Source: Candidatus Latescibacterota bacterium (GTDB taxonomy: Bacteria > Latescibacterota > UBA2968 > GCA-2709665). Taken from it: a stretch of 64,000 nucleotides of DNA. This document shows, piece after piece, positions 1-10,079 of the stretch (its first letter is position 1; every line of letters begins with the position of its first letter). The notes beneath the pieces were generated by a model, which did not search any database, had not been told where the DNA came from, and saw nothing but the letters and a program-made list of their open reading frames with translations. A program made the translations under genes and the position numbers. Where the stretch lies: contig OZ250150.1 in assembly GCA_965237675.1 (NCBI GenBank), forward strand, positions 4,992,001 to 5,056,000, read 5' to 3'.

Positions 1-8
1 ACTCCAGG

Positions 9-815
9 ATGTCCGAACTCGATCGCCTCGTCAATCTCATGGCCCGGCTTCGCGGCCCGGACGGATGCCCCTGGGACCGCGAGCAGACGCACCAGAGCCT
101 CAAACCCTATCTAATCGAAGAGACTTACGAAGCCCTGGACGCCATCGACAGGGATGACTCGGATGGCCTCCGGGACGAACTGGGCGACGTACTCCTTCAA
201 GTCGTATTCCACGCGCAACTCGCCAGGGAGGACGCCCGGTTCACCCTCGATGACGTGGCAGCGACCACGTCCGAAAAACTCATTCGCAGGCATCCTCACG
301 TATTCGGGAAGGCCACCGCCGACACCCCGGGGCAGGTTGTTGACAACTGGGAAGCGATCAAATCGCGTGAGAGGCGTGAGAAGGGCCTGAATCCATCCAT
401 CCTCGACGGCATTCCCCGCCAGCTTCCCGCACTACTCAGAGCGCGTCGCATCCAGGAGCGGGCGGCCAGGTCAGGCTTCGACTGGCAAAATACCGATGAG
501 GTTGTCGACAAAGTACGGGAGGAAGTGGGCGAGTTTCTGGAAGCATGGCGGGAAGCGGACCAAACGGGTGTGGAAGAAGAGCTGGGCGACCTCCTTTTCT
601 CACTGGTCAACCTCGCCCGGTTCCTGAAAATCTGTCCGGAAAACGCGCTTCGGAAGACCGTCCGGAAATTCGAAACCCGATTTCGTTATATCGAACACGA
701 ACTCGCAAAACAGGGCAGGAACCCGCAGGACGCCAGTCTGGAAGAAATGGACCGGCTGTGGGAAGCATCCAAGAACGAGCCGTCGGACGAAACCCCGACG
801 GATCCCAATCCGTAG
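9..815 (+). CDS. mazG: Nucleoside triphosphate pyrophosphohydrolase MazG
   Basis: GCPWDREQT, IEETYE, ELGDVLLQVVFHAQ, KLIRRHPHVF, GFDW and a second EELGDLLF motif; two-domain MazG length. Confidence 0.95.
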   Translation: MSELDRLVNLMARLRGPDGCPWDREQTHQSLKPYLIEETYEALDAIDRDDSDGLRDELGDVLLQVVFHAQLAREDARFTLDDVAATTSEKLIRRHPHVFGKATADTPGQVVDNWEAIKSRERREKGLNPSILDGIPRQLPALLRARRIQERAARSGFDWQNTDEVVDKVREEVGEFLEAWREADQTGVEEELGDLLFSLVNLARFLKICPENALRKTVRKFETRFRYIEHELAKQGRNPQDASLEEMDRLWEASKNEPSDETPTDPNP

Positions 816-983
816 CCCCGGCTCACGCAGATCGCGGGATCCGGGTTCCGACGACGGCGTCACGGGCGCCAGGCGGAAAGACCGCAACCTACCGATGTCG
901 TCAAAGCCGGGACGCGGCAGGTTTCGACTCGAAGATTTCGTCGTTGGTACGGTCAACCCGGACCGTGTCCAACTCCCCATCCT

Positions 984-1955
984 TCAATTCCGTACCACGC
1001 GTTCATACACCGCGACCGCCGCCATCAGATCCTGAATCGCCATGCCGGTAAAATAGGCGATCGCGCCCTCCCCGCGCCGATCTTCGAGAAGGCCCAGCGC
1101 CGCGTCTCCAATGGTCCGCACGCGTCCTTCACGGTCGGTCGCGAACCGGTCCCGACCCAGCCCGGCCGACAGGAAATCTCCCGACTTCAACGCCTGTTCA
1201 GGATGGTCGGCAACCACCTCCCGGCTGCGCAACAGTTCGGGGGTCAGTTGAGCGGTCCTCGGGTCGCCCGCGATCACGGACAGGTGTACGCCATCCGCAA
1301 TATCGGACCTCCCCAGTATCGGGCCGGGTGTGGGCACCGCCGTAAGCACGGCATCCGCGCCACCAAGACAGTCGCCAATAGAACTGTCGATCCGCAGCCG
1401 AGCGTTCACCCGGGGTTCGATAAAGGAGGCGAATGCCTCGCGGTTGGCCGCGCTTCTGCTGGTCGCCCGGATCTCGCGCGGCGCAAGGGCAGCGTCGGCG
1501 CAAAGGGCAAGCGCCCGGGAGATACGTCCTGTGCCCAGAATCGCCAGGACCTCCACGTGGTTGCCCAGGTATCGGACACCCAGCACGCCCGCCGCGCCGG
1601 TGCGCATATTGGTCAGATACTCCGCGTCCAGCACAGCCCTCTGTCCCGTTGCCAGATCATCCAGTTCGATCACCGCAGTGCGCCGTGCAAGGCGCCCCTC
1701 GGCGATGTCCGACCGCTCCACAATCACCTTCCTCGCGCGGTACCGTCCCGGCCACTCCGCCGGCATCTCCAGGCGAAACACGTCCGCGCCCTCTGTCCTG
1801 CGAACCTGCTCCCGCCGGGCCGGATTCAACACCTGTCCCATTCCATAGAGACGGAACGCCCTGTCGCAGCTTGCGACACACTCCCCGATCGAGAGTACCC
1901 GTTCGATTTCCGCATCTGAAATCTTCAATGTGCCTTCCAACGATGCGCCCTCCAT
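984..1955 (-). CDS. Ornithine cyclodeaminase / mu-crystallin family protein
   Basis: LTNMRTGAAG motif, Rossmann ILGTGRIS, C-terminal GMAIQDL. The 511-aa ORF overlaps the next gene, so the start was trimmed to ATG 1955 (alternative TTG 1928). Confidence 0.85.
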   Translation of the reverse strand: MEGASLEGTLKISDAEIERVLSIGECVASCDRAFRLYGMGQVLNPARREQVRRTEGADVFRLEMPAEWPGRYRARKVIVERSDIAEGRLARRTAVIELDDLATGQRAVLDAEYLTNMRTGAAGVLGVRYLGNHVEVLAILGTGRISRALALCADAALAPREIRATSRSAANREAFASFIEPRVNARLRIDSSIGDCLGGADAVLTAVPTPGPILGRSDIADGVHLSVIAGDPRTAQLTPELLRSREVVADHPEQALKSGDFLSAGLGRDRFATDREGRVRTIGDAALGLLEDRRGEGAIAYFTGMAIQDLMAAVAVYERVVRN

Positions 1956-2210
1956 TGAGTTTACCCGAAGGTCCCCGATGATGAGAGCCGCCGGGAAGGC
2001 GATTCCATCGGCCGGGACCACAGGGATTTCACATCGGTATGGATTACAAATCTCTACATCCGGTGCAGGCACGAAACGGCGGCGTCCAATTGCCGTTGCA
2101 TATCCAGGACCCGCTCCATCCGAACTTACACGACCGGCACCCGGTTGTGAAGAGAAAAGTCGGGAGGCGCCGCGAGAACCTGCGCCGCGCGCCCGGCACG
2201 GAAATTCGAC

Positions 2211-2238
2211 TTGACGGGCTGCGTGCCAGTCATAATAT
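2211..2238 (+). promoter_or_regulatory. Putative sigma70 promoter of the enolase/sulfatase operon
   Basis: TTGACG (2211-2216), 16-nt spacer, TAATAT (2233-2238), 55 nt before ATG 2293. Confidence 0.5.
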
Positions 2239-2292
2239 TGGGGTTCCGCTTCCATTTCATTCGAACCTCCGGTACCTGAAACGAGGCATCTC

Positions 2293-3459
2293 ATGAAAAT
2301 TACCGACGTCGAGACGTTCATCGCGGGCAACCCGTGGAAAAACTGGCTCTTTACCCGCGTGCATACGGACGAGGGCGTATACGGTGTCGGTGAAGGCACC
2401 GTCAACTTCATGGCCAGGACCGTTGAATCCGCAATCCACGAACTCAGACCGCTTTGGGAAGGACAGGATCCGTTCCAGCCGGAACGCATTCTCCAGCGGA
2501 TGTACCGAGACGTGTACACCGATGGCGGCCAGATTCACAAACATGCGGTTGCCGCCATCGAAGTCGCATGCTGGGACATCATCGGGAAATGCCTGAACAA
2601 ACCGATCTACCAGCTCATGGGCGGCCAGATGCGCGACAGAATCAGAGCCTACGCGAACGGCTGGTATCGCGGAGCGCGCACGCCGGAGAACTTCTATAAA
2701 AAGGCGAAGGAAGTGGTTCGGCGAGGGTACACCGCCCTGAAATTCGACCCCTTCGGATCCGCTTACCAGATTACGGATCTGGAAGACGAGGCGCTGGCCA
2801 TCGACATCATCGCGGCCGTTCGCGACGCCGTCGGGTCCGGCGTCGACGTTCTCGTGGAAGGACACTGCCGCTTCAGCACGTCCACCGCCCTCAAATTCGC
2901 CCGCAAGATGGAACCCTACAATCCCACCTGGTTCGAGGAGCCGACGCCTCACCACAAGATCGATGCCCTCACCCAGGTTGCGAGAGCGTCTCCGGTACCC
3001 ATTGCCACGGGGGAAAGCCTGCACACGAAATATCAGTTCGCCGAACTGCTCAAACACGACGTCGTACACATCCTGCAACCTGAACCCCTGGCATGCGGCG
3101 GGCTGTGGTCCACCCGCATGATATGCGATATGGTCGACGCGCACTATGGCGTGGTCGCGCCACACGATGCCCAGGGCCCCGTATGTACCGCCATCTGCCT
3201 GCAACTGGCGGCGTGTACGCCCAACCACTTCATTCAGGAAACCTTCGACGAATTCAACGTGGCGTGGGAGCGGGACCTGACTACGGGCGAGAGATATGAC
3301 GTCGCCGACGGGTACTTCCGCGTACCTTCGGCGCCAGGTCTGGGCATCGATCTCAACGTGGACGAGATTCGGAAACACCCCCATTCCGTGAACAACCACC
3401 TGCCGCTGTTCAGAGACGGCTGGGAACGCCGCGTTTCGCAGGAGGAAGTGACGTCATGA
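2293..3459 (+). CDS. Mandelate racemase/muconate lactonizing (enolase superfamily) enzyme, galactonate dehydratase-like
   Basis: MKITDVET start, IEVACWDIIGK, RAYANGW, ALKFDPFG, WFEEP, IATGE, PGLGIDL. Confidence 0.9.
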   Translation: MKITDVETFIAGNPWKNWLFTRVHTDEGVYGVGEGTVNFMARTVESAIHELRPLWEGQDPFQPERILQRMYRDVYTDGGQIHKHAVAAIEVACWDIIGKCLNKPIYQLMGGQMRDRIRAYANGWYRGARTPENFYKKAKEVVRRGYTALKFDPFGSAYQITDLEDEALAIDIIAAVRDAVGSGVDVLVEGHCRFSTSTALKFARKMEPYNPTWFEEPTPHHKIDALTQVARASPVPIATGESLHTKYQFAELLKHDVVHILQPEPLACGGLWSTRMICDMVDAHYGVVAPHDAQGPVCTAICLQLAACTPNHFIQETFDEFNVAWERDLTTGERYDVADGYFRVPSAPGLGIDLNVDEIRKHPHSVNNHLPLFRDGWERRVSQEEVTS

Positions 3460-4826
3460 ATGTTGTCTTCATTGTGCTCGATAGCTTCCGCCAGGATCAC
3501 GTGAGCCTGTACAACCGCGGCACCGCGCCCTTTCCCGGCATCGATGCGTGCATGACGCCGCATATCGACGCATTTGCGCGGGAGGCTGTCGTATTCGACA
3601 ATGCCTACCCGGAAGCCCTGCCCACCATTCCCATTCGCTGCCAGCTGATGACCGGACATCGCACGCTGCACAGCCGCGGCTGGCAACCCCTCACCCCGGA
3701 AGACGTCCACATCGCCCAGATACTTTCCGAGGAGGACTATGTCTGCGGCCTCGTTACGGATACGTACCACTACCGGGCTCCCGGGATGAATTACCACCGG
3801 AACTTCGCCTCGTACGACTGGATCCGCGGCCAGGAATACGATCCCTGGATCTCCGCGCCCGCCAGACGCCATATCGAGGACTACATCAACGGGAACTATC
3901 CCGACACCTGGCGCCGGCGCATCTCACAATTCCTGGCCAACACGGACGGCTTCGACTCCACTGAAGACGGATTTGCGTGGAAAGTGGTCGACGGCGCCAT
4001 CGACTGGTTGGAATCGAACCGCACGCACGAAAACATCATGCTCTGGGTGGATTCCTTCGACCCTCACGAACCGTGGGATCCAATTCCGGAATTCGACACC
4101 TACACCGATCCCGGCTACCGGGGCCCTCGCCTCATTATGCCGATGGGAGGACCGTCGGAAGACTGGGCCTCACCCGGCGAGATCTCCCATATCCAGGGTC
4201 TCTACGCGGGGGAGTGCGCCTATGTCGACCATTGCCTCGGGCGGCTCTTCGAAGCCCTGAGAAACCTGGGATATTACGACGACAGCGTCATTTTTCTGCT
4301 GGCCGACCACGGGCATCCCCTGAACGACCACGGAAAATTCCTCAAGGGCGCGGACCGGATGTACAACGAACTGCTCAAGGTTCCGTTCATCGTCCGACTG
4401 CCGGGCGGGAAACACGGGGGACGCCGGAGTTCCGCGATCGTACAGTTTCAGGACGTGCTGCCCACGCTCCTGGACGCGCTCGACCTCGGCGGCAACACCG
4501 ACGCAATGGCCGGTCGCAGCTTTATGCCTGTGCTCACCGGAGATGCGGATGAACACCGTCGGGTGATGATCACCGGTTACCACGGCGGAATCGACCGCTG
4601 CACCCGTGACGAGACCTGGAGTTATATCCAGCGCCCGGCGGGGGAGCCCGACGAGCTGTACCATCTTCCGGACGATCCCGGGGAACGGGTCAACCTCGTC
4701 GACGATCGCCCTGAAGAGGCCCTGCGCCTGGCCGCCGCATTCGGCAAGGTATTCAAGCGCCGATTTTCGAATACGGTCAAAGGGGTCCAGGGAGAATACG
4801 AAATGGCCTCATCGAGCATCGAGTAA
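3456..4826 (+). CDS. Sulfatase-family (alkaline phosphatase superfamily) hydrolase
   Basis: NVVFIVLDSFR, FDPHEPWD, ADHG, KVPFIVR, ELY...DPGE..N; start overlaps the upstream stop (ATGA); nucleophile motif reads TIPIR. Confidence 0.9.
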   Translation: MNVVFIVLDSFRQDHVSLYNRGTAPFPGIDACMTPHIDAFAREAVVFDNAYPEALPTIPIRCQLMTGHRTLHSRGWQPLTPEDVHIAQILSEEDYVCGLVTDTYHYRAPGMNYHRNFASYDWIRGQEYDPWISAPARRHIEDYINGNYPDTWRRRISQFLANTDGFDSTEDGFAWKVVDGAIDWLESNRTHENIMLWVDSFDPHEPWDPIPEFDTYTDPGYRGPRLIMPMGGPSEDWASPGEISHIQGLYAGECAYVDHCLGRLFEALRNLGYYDDSVIFLLADHGHPLNDHGKFLKGADRMYNELLKVPFIVRLPGGKHGGRRSSAIVQFQDVLPTLLDALDLGGNTDAMAGRSFMPVLTGDADEHRRVMITGYHGGIDRCTRDETWSYIQRPAGEPDELYHLPDDPGERVNLVDDRPEEALRLAAAFGKVFKRRFSNTVKGVQGEYEMASSSIE

Positions 4827-4860
4827 GCCAACATCATTGAGCCCCGGACCCTGAGCCGCT

Positions 4861-4879
4861 CCCTGAGCCTGTCGAAGGG
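4861..4879. repeat. REP-like short element
   Basis: CCCTGAGCCTGTCGAAGGG in an intergenic position, with a partial copy (CCCTGAGCC) just upstream; resembles a widespread intergenic repeat. Confidence 0.5.
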
Positions 4880-4963
4880 GCGGCGAAGATCCCAGAGCAG
4901 CGGCAATTAATGTCAACTATTCGCTGTCCATGGTAGTATGTTCACCCCTGAAAAGGAGACCCT

Positions 4964-5704
4964 GTGGAAAATCCCGTTAAAACGAAACTCTCGAGGGGCG
5001 AACTTTCGCTGGGAGGCTGGTTGAACCTGGGTTCCCCGCTGGCCGCCGAACTCATGGCCGCGGCCGGGTACGAGTGGCTGGCCATAGACGCGGAGCACTC
5101 GCCATTCGACATCCCGCTGATCGCCGACACGTTCCGGGCGATCGAAGCCCGGGGCGCCGTGCCCTTCGTCCGTGCGTGGGACCACGATCCCGTCTCGCTT
5201 GCCCGCATCCTGGACGCGGGCGCCTACGGCATCATCGTGCCGCACGTCAGCACGCCGCGGCAGGCCGAAGCACTGGTACAGGCCATGCGCTATCCTCCGG
5301 AAGGCGCCCGCTCCGCCGGCACGGGACGGGTCGCCGTCTACGGCGACGAATATCGCAAACGGGCTAACGATGCGGTGATGATCGTGCCTCAGATCGAAGA
5401 CATGGAAGGGATCGACAACACCGAAGCCATCATGTCCGTCGAGGGAATCGACGTCGGCTTCCTCGGACCCGGCGACCTGGCCCTCTCAATGGGTGTGGAC
5501 CGGGGCCACCCGGACCACGAGAATGCCATACAGACGTTCGTATCCGGCTGCAAAAACGCCGGCAAACCATACGGGATGCCCGAACGCGGCCTGGACATTG
5601 TCAAGAAACGCATCCGGGAGGGATTTACGTTCCTGGACATCGCCAGCGATCTGCGCACCCTCGAAGCCGGCGTGCAGAAGGCACTGGCCGACGTCAGAAC
5701 CTGA
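4964..5704 (+). CDS. HpcH/HpaI aldolase family protein
   Basis: IDAEHSP, LDAGAYGIIVPHV, RYPPEGARS, QIE, FLGPGDL; GTG start after AGGAG. Confidence 0.92.
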   Translation: MENPVKTKLSRGELSLGGWLNLGSPLAAELMAAAGYEWLAIDAEHSPFDIPLIADTFRAIEARGAVPFVRAWDHDPVSLARILDAGAYGIIVPHVSTPRQAEALVQAMRYPPEGARSAGTGRVAVYGDEYRKRANDAVMIVPQIEDMEGIDNTEAIMSVEGIDVGFLGPGDLALSMGVDRGHPDHENAIQTFVSGCKNAGKPYGMPERGLDIVKKRIREGFTFLDIASDLRTLEAGVQKALADVRT

Positions 5705-5830
5705 AAGCACCTCTCAGACGTCCAGGCGGAGAGCAGCGGCAACCTCAAAGATCCCGCCGGGCTCTATGGCGTCTCCTATCCGACGGTGCGCAACCGTCTC
5801 GACGCATTAATTGAAAGGATCGGCGAGCCC
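5705..5830 (+). pseudogene. Remnant of a DUF2089-like HTH protein
   Basis: Translates as SGNLKDPAGLYGVSYPTVRNRLDALIERIG, matching my recollection of the DUF2089 core (G.LK...YGVSYPTVR.RLD.LI..I); no start codon or N-terminus. Confidence 0.6.
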
Positions 5831-5898
5831 TCACGCCCGAACGGTTGTCAAATCCGGATGGTCGCGGTTCCGTCGACAGACCGCCGTTCTGCAAGTTC

Positions 5899-7107
5899 TC
5901 AGACCAGATTTCCCTCCGCGCGACTGTTAGGGCCCGCCACTGCAATGGGTTCCCGCATTCCCACGCACATATTGCCGCTCATCAGATTGTAATCGCTGGA
6001 TCCACTCTCCACGATGCCACCGGCCTGCGTGGGATTCGCCTGATCGTCTGCGCATCGGTTGCCCTGAACGATCGCCCGCTCGAGGTCGTGCAACCGTATG
6101 CCGGGCCAGCGACCCCGCGCCTCCTGCGAATTGCTCAACAGCAGGTTTCCGGTAATCACCTGCTCCTCGCCCCGGTTGGCGTCGATCCCGCAGCGTCCGT
6201 TATGCGCACAGACATTATCGCTAATGATATTGTGATGGTCGCCCGAGTTCGCCACCCCTCCGATCCCATGCTGCCCATTGTGTGAAAACACGCTGTCGCT
6301 GCACACCGTGTGGTGCACACGCGCGCAGAAGAAAAATCCGTCGCCACCGTTGCCTTCCGCGATATTCTGCGACCAGACGCTCCTGCACAACCCCGTGCCA
6401 GGATGGAACCCGTGCCCCCTGCAGCCGTGGGCCTGGCAATGCGCAACCTGTGCGTCGCTACCGCGTTGAATGCCGAAACCGTCGCTGGGCCAGCCCGAGA
6501 CCGTGCAATTCAAGACCCGAACGCGCCGGCATCCGACCAGATGAACCGCCGCATAGGTGAAATCCCACCAGGGTCCTCTGTATTGTTCAGGACCCCGTAT
6601 CGTGAGCCCATGAATCTCGATATCGAACGCATCCACCGCGTAAATCGCCGGAAACAGCCGAACGGCCCGTGCGTTTTCAGCCACCGCCAACGCCCGTTCC
6701 ATAGGCACGTCCAGCCGCACGCGGACCCCACTCCGCTCCCGCACGATCCCGTGCGTGCCGTGCCAACCGGACTGCCGGTCGTCGCACAGTCCGATGGCGT
6801 CGCCCTCCTCAAAAGGCGGAAGCATGCCGCATTCGAACTCGTTTTCCCCCGCACTCGCGTCTTTCTCGAGGGCAACGGATTCCGGCGGCCGTATCGCTAA
6901 AACGGTTGCCGGCCCATCGCCTGCCAGGCTCACGCATCGGGGCAGACAGACGGATTGCCGCAACAGGTATGTGCCCGCCGGCGCGCGGACCCGTCCTCCC
7001 GCTGACGGCAGAGAATCGATCGCCTCGGCAATCCCGCACGTGGGAGATGCCGGATCGTAGAAATCCGCTACATTGACTTCGGACTGCCGTCCCGGCGACC
7101 CCGCCAT
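5899..7107 (-). CDS. Right-handed parallel beta-helix (pectate lyase 3-like) protein
   Basis: VNVADF...IAEAIDSL...GGRV..PAGTYLL N-terminus, then NG..G repeats; ATG 7107 chosen. Confidence 0.8.
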   Translation of the reverse strand: MAGSPGRQSEVNVADFYDPASPTCGIAEAIDSLPSAGGRVRAPAGTYLLRQSVCLPRCVSLAGDGPATVLAIRPPESVALEKDASAGENEFECGMLPPFEEGDAIGLCDDRQSGWHGTHGIVRERSGVRVRLDVPMERALAVAENARAVRLFPAIYAVDAFDIEIHGLTIRGPEQYRGPWWDFTYAAVHLVGCRRVRVLNCTVSGWPSDGFGIQRGSDAQVAHCQAHGCRGHGFHPGTGLCRSVWSQNIAEGNGGDGFFFCARVHHTVCSDSVFSHNGQHGIGGVANSGDHHNIISDNVCAHNGRCGIDANRGEEQVITGNLLLSNSQEARGRWPGIRLHDLERAIVQGNRCADDQANPTQAGGIVESGSSDYNLMSGNMCVGMREPIAVAGPNSRAEGNLV

Positions 7108-7174
7108 CTTTGCTCTCCCGTTGCAATACAGGGGCACGCAGCACCGCATCCCAACCCACGCCGCGGTTACCCTC

Positions 7175-7903
7175 TCAAACCGCCGGCGGTTCAAGAAAGA
7201 CCGTCACGCCCATATCCGCGAATTTCGACCGTTGTTCCGCCGCGCCGATCCGGTGACACACGGCCACACCGGAACCCTGGAGGGACTTTGCCACGTATGC
7301 GACGGCGTCATCGACTGACTTCAAGGCGTGATTGGGGTGTGCCCTGAGGCTGATCGTCAGGTCGGTGGGACCGAATGACAGGCAGTCCACCCCGGGCCTG
7401 GCCAGAAGATGCGCCCGGGTCACGGCCTCTACGGACTCGATCTGCAGCCACAACACACCGTACGCCTTCCACCAGTCCGCGTAATCGAAGGGATCGGCGT
7501 AGTCCGAAGCCCCCCGCCGGGCGCGTCCGCCGAAACTGCGAACGCCCGCACGCGGAAAATAGAACGCGTTGACCGCCTCGACCGCCGTCTCATCCGTCTC
7601 CGTCTGGGGCACCTCCACTCCGCACGGCCCCAGGTCCAGGTAATTCCCGATCAGGTACGCGTTCCGGGTGTGTTTAATGCGAAACTGGACAAACACGTCC
7701 AATTCCTCAGCGATGCTGCAGAATTCCTCCAATCGTTCTTCATTCAACGCCGAATGCTGGCTGTCCGCCGATACGAAATCGTACGGACCGCTATCCATCA
7801 CCTGCCGGAAACGCTCCCGAGACGCGTCCAGGGGCAACATCGTACCCACAATCTGCTCTCCGTCGCGCATTCGCTTCTTCAGACCAACGGCATTCTCGAA
7901 CAT
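7175..7903 (-). CDS. HpcH/HpaI aldolase family protein
   Basis: DSQHS, LDLGPCGVEVP, GVRSFGG, LQIES, FGPTDL; ATG 7903 with GGAGG RBS. Confidence 0.85.
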   Translation of the reverse strand: MFENAVGLKKRMRDGEQIVGTMLPLDASRERFRQVMDSGPYDFVSADSQHSALNEERLEEFCSIAEELDVFVQFRIKHTRNAYLIGNYLDLGPCGVEVPQTETDETAVEAVNAFYFPRAGVRSFGGRARRGASDYADPFDYADWWKAYGVLWLQIESVEAVTRAHLLARPGVDCLSFGPTDLTISLRAHPNHALKSVDDAVAYVAKSLQGSGVAVCHRIGAAEQRSKFADMGVTVFLEPPAV

Positions 7904-8016
7904 ACACCCTCCAGTTATGTCAAGTGTCACCCGAGAAAATCGAAATACAAGGGACGGTTCGTAATTCTCCGGTGTCCACCGGTTTATCCCGCCTGCCTTA
8001 TTACAGCCGTCAGACG

Positions 8017-8096
8017 GTGAGACGTGAAACGCAAGAGAACCACAAGACGCCCCTCTGATTTCTCGCCGCTTCTTTCCTCTAACGTCTTACGTCTCG
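8017..8096. repeat. Inverted pair of heptamer tandem repeats (GACGTRA-type)
   Basis: gtgagacgtgaaacgcaagag ... ctctaacgtcttacgtctcg; related tracts at 10043-10069 and 27391-27430. Confidence 0.55.
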
Positions 8097-8100
8097 CCGC

Positions 8101-9342
8101 TCACCGTAACTCTTTCGCAAGCGTTCTCACCTTCTCAAACGCCTGGCAGATGCCTTTCATCCCTTTCTCGGACGCCAGCAACACCCGTTGAGACAGCCAG
8201 ATCCGGTCTGTACAGGCCTTCTCCGCGTTCGGCAGATGCAGAGCCCGATAATCCGGCGCGTCATCCATCATATTCCAGGCGAACGGCTTGTACGAACTGG
8301 CGTTCCAGTCGTTCTGAAATACGGGATTCCGATAAACCGGCTCGGTATACCCTGCGGCCGCCGGTACCCCTTCCGCTCCAAGCGCCCGAAGAACCCGCTC
8401 TCGCGTTACCCCTTCGAATTCATCACGAACATATCGGGCGCTGAAAATGTGCCAGCTTGCCCGGGTCGCTTCCGGCAGCCGTGTGACCGGTTCGATACCC
8501 TCGACCCTGGACAGCGTTCGACTCAGCATTGCCGCATTCTGTTCGCGGATTTCCGTCTGTTCGCGGACACGCTTCAACTGGCACAGCAGGATCGCCGCCG
8601 TTAAATCGGTCATTCGATGGTTGCCGCCCCAGCGAAGCCCGTCGGGCGTCCGGTCGAAACGGGAACGCCCCGAATTGATCACACAGCCCATGCGGTCGGC
8701 GACCTCTTCGTCGTTTGTCAGCGCAATACCACCCTCGCCGGATGTCATGTTCTTGCTCTGCTGAAAACTGAATCCCGATGCAAGGCCGCAGCTACCCAGT
8801 CCCCTTCCAAGGTATGACGCCCCCCAGCCATGACAAGCATCTTCGAGCACGACCAGACCTTGCCGGTCCGCAATTGACTGAATCCGCTTCATGTCACAGG
8901 CCAGCCCGCCGAAATGCACCACCATGATTGCCTTTGTGCGGGGGGTAATCGCCGCTTCAATCGCATCGGGATCGATATTGTCGGTATCCGGAGCGATGTC
9001 CGCGAACGTCACGGTCGCTCCCGCCGCCAGAATGCCCATACACGTGCCGTGAAACGTATATGGACTCGTAATGACCTCGTCCCCGACGCCGATTTCCGCA
9101 CCCCGGCAGGCGGCCTCGAGCGCATTCGTGCCCCCGCTGCATACCAGCCCGTACGTGGCATTCTGAAAGCGGGCGAACGTCTCCTCAAGCTCCTCGCACC
9201 TGGGGCCGTAATTCCAGTTCCCACTCCGCAACACTTCCAATAACGCCGCCTCCTCGGTCTGGTCGAACCGCGGCCACGGTTCTGCCATTCCGCGAGCCAG
9301 GACGGGCTCTCCGCCCAGCAATGCAAGTCGGTCGGACATCAC
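8101..9342 (-). CDS. DegT/DnrJ/EryC1/StrS family PLP aminotransferase
   Basis: LALLGGEP, GDEVI, ITPRTKAI, EDACHGWG, FSFQQSKNMTSGEGG (PLP lysine). Confidence 0.93.
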   Translation of the reverse strand: MMSDRLALLGGEPVLARGMAEPWPRFDQTEEAALLEVLRSGNWNYGPRCEELEETFARFQNATYGLVCSGGTNALEAACRGAEIGVGDEVITSPYTFHGTCMGILAAGATVTFADIAPDTDNIDPDAIEAAITPRTKAIMVVHFGGLACDMKRIQSIADRQGLVVLEDACHGWGASYLGRGLGSCGLASGFSFQQSKNMTSGEGGIALTNDEEVADRMGCVINSGRSRFDRTPDGLRWGGNHRMTDLTAAILLCQLKRVREQTEIREQNAAMLSRTLSRVEGIEPVTRLPEATRASWHIFSARYVRDEFEGVTRERVLRALGAEGVPAAAGYTEPVYRNPVFQNDWNASSYKPFAWNMMDDAPDYRALHLPNAEKACTDRIWLSQRVLLASEKGMKGICQAFEKVRTLAKELR

Positions 9343-9443
9343 AGGCGTCTCCCGTGTTGAATTTCAACGTTGCAAATCGAATGATGTAAGCGTAAATTCC
9401 GCAATCCCGCCCTCACGACCTTCATTGTAAACGGAGCCATTTC

Positions 9444-10067
9444 ATGAAAGTCAAAATCAGCAGCCAGTCCACACCGTATGAATTTCGATTGCCCGACGGG
9501 CGCGCGCTCTTCCGGATCGAGGAAACCGTGCTCTCACACGAACGCTTTGACGGCCGGATGAGCACCGCGGTCAGGCGGGTGAATTTCAACCGGGGAGACA
9601 GCGTTTCGGTACTCCTCTACGCGGGGCAGACCGACGAAATCGTACTTGTCGAACAGTTCCGATATCCGGTCTATGCGAGCCACCCTGAATCCGAACGGGA
9701 GGGCAACGGCTGGATCCTGGAAACCGTCGCGGGAATAAAGGATGCCCGGGGGCCCGATGTCGCCAGGCGCGAACTGTTTGAAGAAACAGGGTACGCGCTC
9801 CGCGGCGCGCTGGAGCATCTCACCACCGTCTACGTCAGCCCTGGCGGAACCTCGGAGCGCATCGAACTCTATCTTGCCCACGTAAGTAAAGTGGAAGGCA
9901 TCGTCAAACACGCGGGGCTGGATGCCGAGGCAGAAGACATCCGCCCGCACACCATCCCCTTCGCGGAGGCCCTTCAAATGGTCACAGACGGGCGCATCGT
10001 GGACTCGAAGACAATTATCGCGCTCTACATGCTCAAGGAGCGCTTAGACGCAAGACGTGAAACGTAA
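9444..10067 (+). CDS. NUDIX hydrolase (NudF/NudK, ADP-ribose or NDP-sugar pyrophosphatase-like)
   Basis: LVEQFRYP, AG...RRELFEETGY Nudix box, YVSPGG, EDI, IVDSKTII. Confidence 0.9.
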   Translation: MKVKISSQSTPYEFRLPDGRALFRIEETVLSHERFDGRMSTAVRRVNFNRGDSVSVLLYAGQTDEIVLVEQFRYPVYASHPESEREGNGWILETVAGIKDARGPDVARRELFEETGYALRGALEHLTTVYVSPGGTSERIELYLAHVSKVEGIVKHAGLDAEAEDIRPHTIPFAEALQMVTDGRIVDSKTIIALYMLKERLDARRET

Positions 10068-10079
10068 GAGGGCCGTCCA

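Noticed and set aside
816-983. Possible gene fragment between mazG and the cyclodeaminase gene
   Set aside because: Short interrupted frames with no recognisable family signature
1956-2519. N-terminal extension of the 511-aa cyclodeaminase ORF
   Set aside because: Overlaps the divergent enolase gene and promoter; family similarity starts near 1955
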